Positions 58,086-64,000 of a DNA stretch of 64,000 nucleotides are shown one piece after another. Within the stretch, counting starts at the first letter, position 1; every line of letters begins with the position of its first letter. The stretch spans positions 62,001 to 126,000 of the forward strand of contig NW_005201912.1 of NCBI RefSeq assembly GCF_000372725.1, given 5' to 3'. The notes under the pieces are model-generated. The model was not told the origin of the DNA. It did not search any database and saw only the letters and a program-made list of their open reading frames with translations. The translations under genes were made by a program, and so were the position numbers. The DNA comes from Emiliania huxleyi CCMP1516. Its lineage: Eukaryota.

Positions 58086-58599
58086 CCTGTTTCCCGGCCA
58101 TTACTGATAGATAGTGGGCGGGCGAAATTCGGCCTCGCGCCCGCCCGCCCATCTGGTTGCAGTCGTGGGCTGCAGCTCTCCTCTCGCCTGTAGCTCTTGG
58201 CCGCCACGCTTGATGAGGAGTCGACGCTCGACCGCCTGGAGGCAGAGTGGCGGCGGCCTGATGGTTGCACGTATGCCCTGGCCCGCGACGCTGTGCCTTC
58301 TGGGCCTCACCACCGCTTACAGCCGCAATGCGGGATGGGAAAGCGCCTGCAACAGGTGACGCAGGAGACTGGAGTGATGCCTTTGAGGATAGTGAGTGCG
58401 ACGATGCTGAGGACGATTTTACCTACTGGACGTGGCTCGCACAGAGAGAGGCCATTGACGGCCAGCCAACTACGTACCGCCTACCGCGAGCGACTCTAAT
58501 AGTGGTATCAATCAGCGCGAATTCGCGGCCAAATGCTTCGACTGGCATGGCACACGCGAGCAAGAACAGCGCCTCGCTGTCTTTTTTGGTATCTCGATC

Positions 58600-58880
58600 T
58601 CTGTGGTCAAGCGGCTAAAGCGGAACTGGGGCTTGACCTTTATCCAGGCCGGAGGCGAGCGCCCAACACTGCCCTCAGACGACGAGCTCCAGGCACTCTG
58701 GGATCAAGACCCCTGTCTGACGGTGGAGGCAATCGCAAACAGATATGGTGTGTGCCCACGAACCATACGCAATCACCTAGCAGCTCTTGGATTCCAACGG
58801 ACACGCCCTGGTCTGCCCGACGACGTTGTGAGAGATGCGCTATTACAGCTAGAACAGGCAAACTTGGACTCGAAGTTGAA
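58600..58880 (+). mobile_element. Probable transposase N-terminal HTH remnant
   Basis: KRLKRNWGL...SDDEL...LTVEAIANRYGVCPRTIRNHLAALGF...LPDDVVRD (tandem HTH pattern); no DDE core visible. Confidence 0.4.
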
Positions 58881-59094
58881 AGTTGAAGTTTGTGTCAGAA
58901 CGGGGACCAAGTTTGTGTCAGAACAAGGCCTACGCCTCAACGTGAGAGTGTCGCCTTGGCGCTTGGGAGGACGTGTTGTGTGTGTTGAGTCCGTCCGTGG
59001 CTCGGAGGGAGACTTCAAGACAGGAAGAGGGAAGGAGCGGGGCAACTGGGAATGTCAGAGCCCCTGAGCTGTGAAGAGAGGGGAGGATTTTGCG

Positions 59095-59185
59095 CTGTTG
59101 TCAGAACGTTGTCAGAACGTTGTCAGAACACTGTCAGAACGCTGTCAGAACGCTGTCAGAACGGCCAGGTCTCTGTCAGAACATC
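59095..59185. repeat. (TGTCAGAACGY)n 11-mer tandem repeat
   Basis: About 7 units, plus isolated TGTCAGA copies at 58893, 58916 and 59053. Confidence 0.9.
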
Positions 59186-59507
59186 TGTGGGAGCTCCACA
59201 AACCAGGTTGGAAACGCACAGTGCTGGGGACCCTCTGGTTTCCCTCTGGGTTGCCGGAAACCCTTGGACAGGCCAAGTTCTCTCTCTGTGTTTGGCGCGG
59301 GGCGCTGCCATCGCAACTCTGCACACGTGCGCTGATTGGATCGCTGTCCTGTGGCCTGTGTGTGGCTGCGGGGGACGAGCGGCGAACAGGCTTCTTGCAA
59401 TCTGTTTCTGTTTGTCTCTCTCCGCGACGTCTCCGTACAACTATCTGATTCTGTGTTTGCCTTCAAAGAGAGTAGTAATTGCTGTGGCCTGTAAACTGTG
59501 TCGTCTC

Positions 59508-60179
59508 TCACACAAACTCAACCAGACTAAAAGTCACGGCCACTGCAGCGAGGGTGTCTAAGCAACCATAATCGTACCAATCGGCCGCGCGGAAGCGCAC
59601 GCCGTACGCTGTTGGCCAGCGGACAGAGTACAGCATGTGCGCCCAATAGCAAGTCGAGCCGAGAGCAACGCGCGGCGCAGAGGGCCATGATGGGTGCGCG
59701 AGGGCTAACAACGCCCACCAGAAGCCGACAAAGCGGAAGGCCGCATGTGCCCAGTGCGACGCCGTCTCGTGCCCGCGCGAGTCGAGCGCCATGCCGGCTC
59801 GGTACAGAGCGGCAACAGTGATAGGCAGCACGCACGCAGTGACAGCAGGGCGCACTGCGGGCGGTGGAGCGGCTACGCTAAAGACGCAGAGAGCGACAAA
59901 CTCAAGCCGTGCCACCGCCTTGTCCGCCTTGAAGACGGAGAGGTCGCCAGTGTGCGCCAGCGTGCGCCAGGTGAGCGTCGATACGAGGCAGGCGGCGCAC
60001 GTGACGGCGAGGAGCAGGGCACCACCGAGGCCGAGCGCGCCAGCGTGGACGCCAAACACGCCGTGGACGCACGGAACCGCCAGCCAGAGGCTCGAGCAGC
60101 CGAGGCTGTAGCGAGAGGCCTCGCGGTGGCCGGGTGATGCGTACTTGGCAGAGGCGGCGCAACACATCGGGCGATGCAC
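59508..60179 (-). CDS. Hypothetical multi-pass membrane protein
   Basis: 223-aa ORF with ~6 hydrophobic segments and conserved-looking S..W, D and HW.H..FR residues. Confidence 0.55.
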   Translation of the reverse strand: MHRPMCCAASAKYASPGHREASRYSLGCSSLWLAVPCVHGVFGVHAGALGLGGALLLAVTCAACLVSTLTWRTLAHTGDLSVFKADKAVARLEFVALCVFSVAAPPPAVRPAVTACVLPITVAALYRAGMALDSRGHETASHWAHAAFRFVGFWWALLALAHPSWPSAPRVALGSTCYWAHMLYSVRWPTAYGVRFRAADWYDYGCLDTLAAVAVTFSLVEFV

Positions 60180-60388
60180 AGGCCGGTGCCCAGGAGCACA
60201 GCGAGCGTGCAGAAGTTACGCCGACAACAGAAAGCAACAAAAAGAATACGCATTGAAGACGAAGAAGTGGACCTATAGGAAGAGGCGGACGCCCAAGGGT
60301 GGGCGACGGCTAGCGCACCACACCCCTCTCCTTAAAATCCCTGTGTGGTGGCGGCGTGCCGTTCTCCCATCCCTCCCTTGGGTTGTCT

Positions 60389-61279
60389 CTGAGGGAGGGT
60401 GTAGAGGATGTAGAGTGTAGAGCGCTGTAGAGCTGTAGAGATGTAGAGCGCTCTGGAGCGCTGTAGAGCTGTAGAGCTCTACATCGGGCACGGGACGAAC
60501 TGCGTGCGTTGTAGAGCGATGTAGAGCGCGATTTTGTTGTAGAGTTTGTTGTAGAGGCTCTACAGCCAACCCGCCGGGAAGGCAGTGACTCAAAGAGGTC
60601 GAGTCGCACTAATGGGGTGTCTCCGAGCTTACTGGAGCTCTGATGGACAGCCCTGACTATCCCTGACACACACAGAGTCACTCTGATGGCACACAACACC
60701 CCATAACTGCGTCATCACCAGCCTGCCATGCGTCGCCGGTGCCGCATTCGTCGCAGTGCTTCTTTAGCAGGCGATGGACTGTCGGCGGCGAGGACGGTCG
60801 CATTTGCGCAAGGCGAGGCGAGCATTCAGACGCGTTGCATGCGCCATGACTCGCGCCAGCGCGTGCGGGAGCTCCTGGCTGAGCGTTGAGTCCAGGCGAG
60901 TTGCGCTGGCCACGATCGCTACGCCGAGCCGAGCTGACGCGCCGAGGCGCCGGCCAGTCGCAGCCGTGAGGCATGCCACAGCAGCAGAGGCACCTCCCAC
61001 CCATTGGGCGGGCAGACAGAAGGCCAGGGCAGCACTGGCGAGTGCAACGCGCCTCATGTCGGAGAGCGACCGTGCCTCGTTCGCCGCTTTTGATGTAGAG
61101 TTTGTTGTAGAGATTTCACGTTGTAGAGCGCCTCTACATCGCTCTACAACGCACGCAGTTCGTCCCGCGGCGGATGTAGAGCTCTACAGCTCTACAGCGC
61201 TCTACAGCGCTCCAGAGCGCTCTACATCTCTACAGCTCTACAGCGCTCTACACTCTACATCCTCTACACCCTCCCTCAG
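60389..61279. mobile_element. 891-bp non-autonomous DNA transposon; long TGTAGAG-rich TIRs; 8-bp TSD GGTTGTCT
   Basis: Begins CTGAGGGAGGGTGTAGAGG and ends CCTCTACACCCTCCCTCAG. TSD at 60381-60388 and 61280-61287. Uninterrupted host repeat at 39570-39600. Confidence 0.92.
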
Positions 61280-61468
61280 GGTTGTCTGTTTTCTTTCTTT
61301 CTTTTAGAGAGTGGACCTGAGCAACTATTGACTCCGTGGGGTGTCTGTCCCCTTATTTTTCTTTTTTTGGCGGCAAATGATCGCAGTGGGCGTCAGAGTC
61401 GTCCTTGCGCGAGGAGAGCTCGATAAACTCGGGGGGCCAAAATATGCGGCGAGGAGGGCAGAGCTGCG

Positions 61469-61900
61469 CTGAGGAAGGGTGTAGAGGATGTAGAGTGTAG
61501 AGCGCGGTAGAGCTGTAGAGATGTAGAGCGCTCTGGAGCGCTGTAGTGTGTAGAGCAATGTAGAGCTGTAGAGCTCTACATCCGGCGCGTGACGAAGCGC
61601 CTGCGTTGTAGAGCGATGTAGAGGCGCTCTACAACGCGAAATCTCTACAACAACTCTACATGATAAGCGGCGAACGAGGCACGGTCGCTCTCCGACATGA
61701 GGCGCGTTGCACTTGCCAGTGCTGCCCTGGCCTTCTGTCTGCCCGCCCAATGGGTGGCAGGTGCCTCTGCTGCTATGGCATGCCTCACGGCTGCGACTGG
61801 CCGGCGCCTCGGCGCGTCAGCTCGGCTCGGCGTAGCGATAGTGGCTAGCGCAACTCGCCTGGACTCAACGCTCAGCCAGGAGCTCCCGCACGCGCTGGCG
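61469..61900. mobile_element. Truncated inverted copy of the right half of the 60389-61279 element (third TIR start at 62335)
   Basis: Reverse complement of ~60855-61279. The same flank gggggccaaaatatgc.gcgaggagggcagagctgcg precedes both 61469 and 62335. Confidence 0.85.
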
Positions 61901-62144
61901 GGCGCAACGGGCATCTTCTCTTCGGGAAACCAGTACACACTCGGCGATGCTATCTTCACTCTGGCTGATGGCGATCAGCTCCCCGCCGGTGGCCGGCTGC
62001 CACACACTACCTCGCCTACTTTGACGGCCAATAGCAGCTTCGCTCTGAGACTCCTTCCACCACTCTCTTCTACACCCGCTCTGAGGAGCTCTGCCCGACA
62101 GCTGTCGCCGTCGGGATGATTCGGAGAACAGACGCAGCTGAGCC

Positions 62145-62297
62145 CTGGTGTCGAGGTGTCGAGGCCCGGTGTCGAGGGTGTCGAGCTGCTGTCGAGGGAT
62201 AGAGGTGTCGTGTGTCGAGGCCTGTCGAGGCCTGTCGAGGCCTGTCGAGGCCTGTCGAGGCCTGTCGAGGCCTGTCGAGGCCTGTCGAGGCCTGTCG
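62145..62297. repeat. (CCTGTCGAGG)n 10-mer tandem repeat
   Basis: About 8 perfect units preceded by degenerate GTGTCGAG units. Confidence 0.95.
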
Positions 62298-62379
62298 GGG
62301 GGCCAAAATATGCCGCGAGGAGGGCAGAGCTGCGCTGAGGGAGGGTGTAGAGGATGTAGAGTGTAGAGCGCTGTAGAGC

Positions 62380-63350
62380 TCGGCAACCTTCTCGGTGACG
62401 GTCACGATCGTGCTGCGCATGAAGATGGCCTACTTCAACGCGGTGAGCAGCGCGGTGAGCCCGGGGTACTCGACCCACACGCCTTTGACGCTCTGTCCCT
62501 TCTCTAGGTGGGGGAGCTGCAGGTGTGTGCGCCGCACCCGCAGCAGGGACCGATCCCAGCCTTCGAGGGCTATGGGGAGTCGGACCTGCTGACGCAGGAG
62601 GAGCTCAAGGAGGAGATCAAGCAGTCGATCTCCTTGATGGTGTCGGCCAGGCCGGCGTGGGGCAAGTACTTGGACCCGCGGCTGCTCACGGCGGCGCGAC
62701 GCACGCCGGAGCAGGAGGCGGCGGCGGCGAGGCAGGAGGCGGCGAGGGTGGAGAGGCTGGCGGGGGGGGCGGAGGCGGAGGCGGAGGCGGACGAGGACGC
62801 GACCCAGGCGTCCGCATTGCCAGCCAGCGTGCTGGCGGAGTCGGGCACGCCGCATCGGCCGTCGCAGGCATCGACAATCGTGCCATCGGCGCCGCAGAGC
62901 GACATGACGGACATCGCGGAGCCGCAGATGCGCGCGAGTCGCTGCAAGAGCAGAGCGAGATGCACACAGCCTGATGGTGGAGGCTGTCGCCTCGCTGGTC
63001 GGTGGCCTCGACGCCCTCCGCGTGCTCCACACCGCCACCGAGGCTCACGTCGAGGAGAACCGCTTCGCCAACCCTCCTTCAGAGCTCGTGTTTGGGCGCC
63101 CAGCACAGGCAGCGCTGGGGGTCGAGCACTGCATGCACATGCACATGTGCATATGCGTTCCCAGGGAGGCTGTGTTGCACGGGCTGCTCGAGGGCACCGC
63201 CGCCATCGTGCGGGAGGTGAACACCGCCGGCAGAGCCTCGAGTACGTCCTGCACGCCGAGGCGGGCTCGAGCGAGCGAGCGTACCAGGGCAGCGCGGGCT
63301 CAAGCGCGACTGCGACGAACGTGGCCGGGCGCTGGATTGCCGTGTGTGAG
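62380..63350 (+). pseudogene. Fragmentary coding-like sequence(s), function unassigned
   Basis: Coding-like pieces in shifting frames (LLTQEELKEEIKQSISLMV; NRFANPPSELVFGRP; GLLEGTAAIVREVN; LEYVLHAEAGSS); 5' side cut by a TIR fragment. Confidence 0.35.
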
Positions 63351-64000
63351 TGAGTATTCTTGATACGAAACCACGACGACACACACCAGTCGACTCGCAT
63401 CGGTTGCCTCCCATGAACGGCGGAGCTATTCTCGCGTCCACACCACACCTGGCTCCAACGTGGACACGCCCATAGCTGGGGACACTACTAGGTCACGCAT
63501 GGCATCAGAAGTTTTATCTCTGGGCCCCGAAAGGCATCTCTAGCAGCGTCGTTACGCATGCGCCCTCCCCTCCTGGGCGCATGCGCCTCACGTCTCGCCA
63601 GAGCATAAGCCCTTGGTGTGCGACGAGACGAGTTTTTCGCCATCGCAGCGAGCAGCAAGCCGCCCGCCGCAATGGCCGCAGCGTGCCGCAATAGCCGGAG
63701 GACTGGAGTGCCGAACCGGATTTCGGGCGTGGGCTTTTGCTCGCCTTCCAGGATTAAACCCTAAGAATTCTTTCTGAAGGCGGCTGCGAACATTTTGCTC
63801 GGCACGCGAGAGAGGTGGTCGTTGGACACATAATGGAGGCAAACGGCGCCGGTCCGAGCGCGGCGCCGCTCGTGGTGGCGGCGGCGGTGCCGCCGCACGC
63901 GCCCGCGCCGGCGCCGCCATTCGTGATGCCGCCGCCGCCGGATTACCCGCATGCCGTGCCTCCCGGCCCGAGGCGCTCCATTCCTCCCCATGTTCACCAG

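Noticed and set aside
62974..63350. Link to ADP-ribosyltransferase-like algal families
   Set aside because: Only a vague resemblance of the N-terminal part; no catalytic motifs present in the window.

Overview
GC-rich eukaryotic genomic DNA with N-gaps and several low-quality stretches. GC-AG introns, 10-mer intronic tandem repeats, TTAGGG tracts and the gene families point to a haptophyte, most likely Emiliania/Gephyrocapsa huxleyi (inference, no search run). Recognisable genes: a multi-exon MON2, a Rad5/Rad16-type SNF2 helicase with two RING fingers, a rhomboid protease, an AppA/Agp-like histidine acid phosphatase, an EEP-fold secreted protein, four glycosyltransferase-like genes (GT8/GT31/GT61/GT23-like, two disrupted), RING, F-box, F-box-kelch and ankyrin/U-box proteins, and a Venus-flytrap + EGF + TM + TIR receptor-like gene. 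The main unexplained structure is mobile. (1) A family of tiny introns is built from an up to ~30-nt duplication of the next exon plus a shared ~37-nt hairpin cassette ending in AG. (2) One MON2 intron is an 8-bp-TSD TIR element. (3) 3' ends resembling RLE/CRE-like non-LTR elements are stacked at an AAAATTCTTTT motif 50-100 nt upstream of start codons, with 14-20 bp duplications. (4) An 891-bp TIR element has an 8-bp TSD, and its empty site is present elsewhere in the window. All domain calls come from motif recognition by eye; splice sites are inferred, not transcript-verified.
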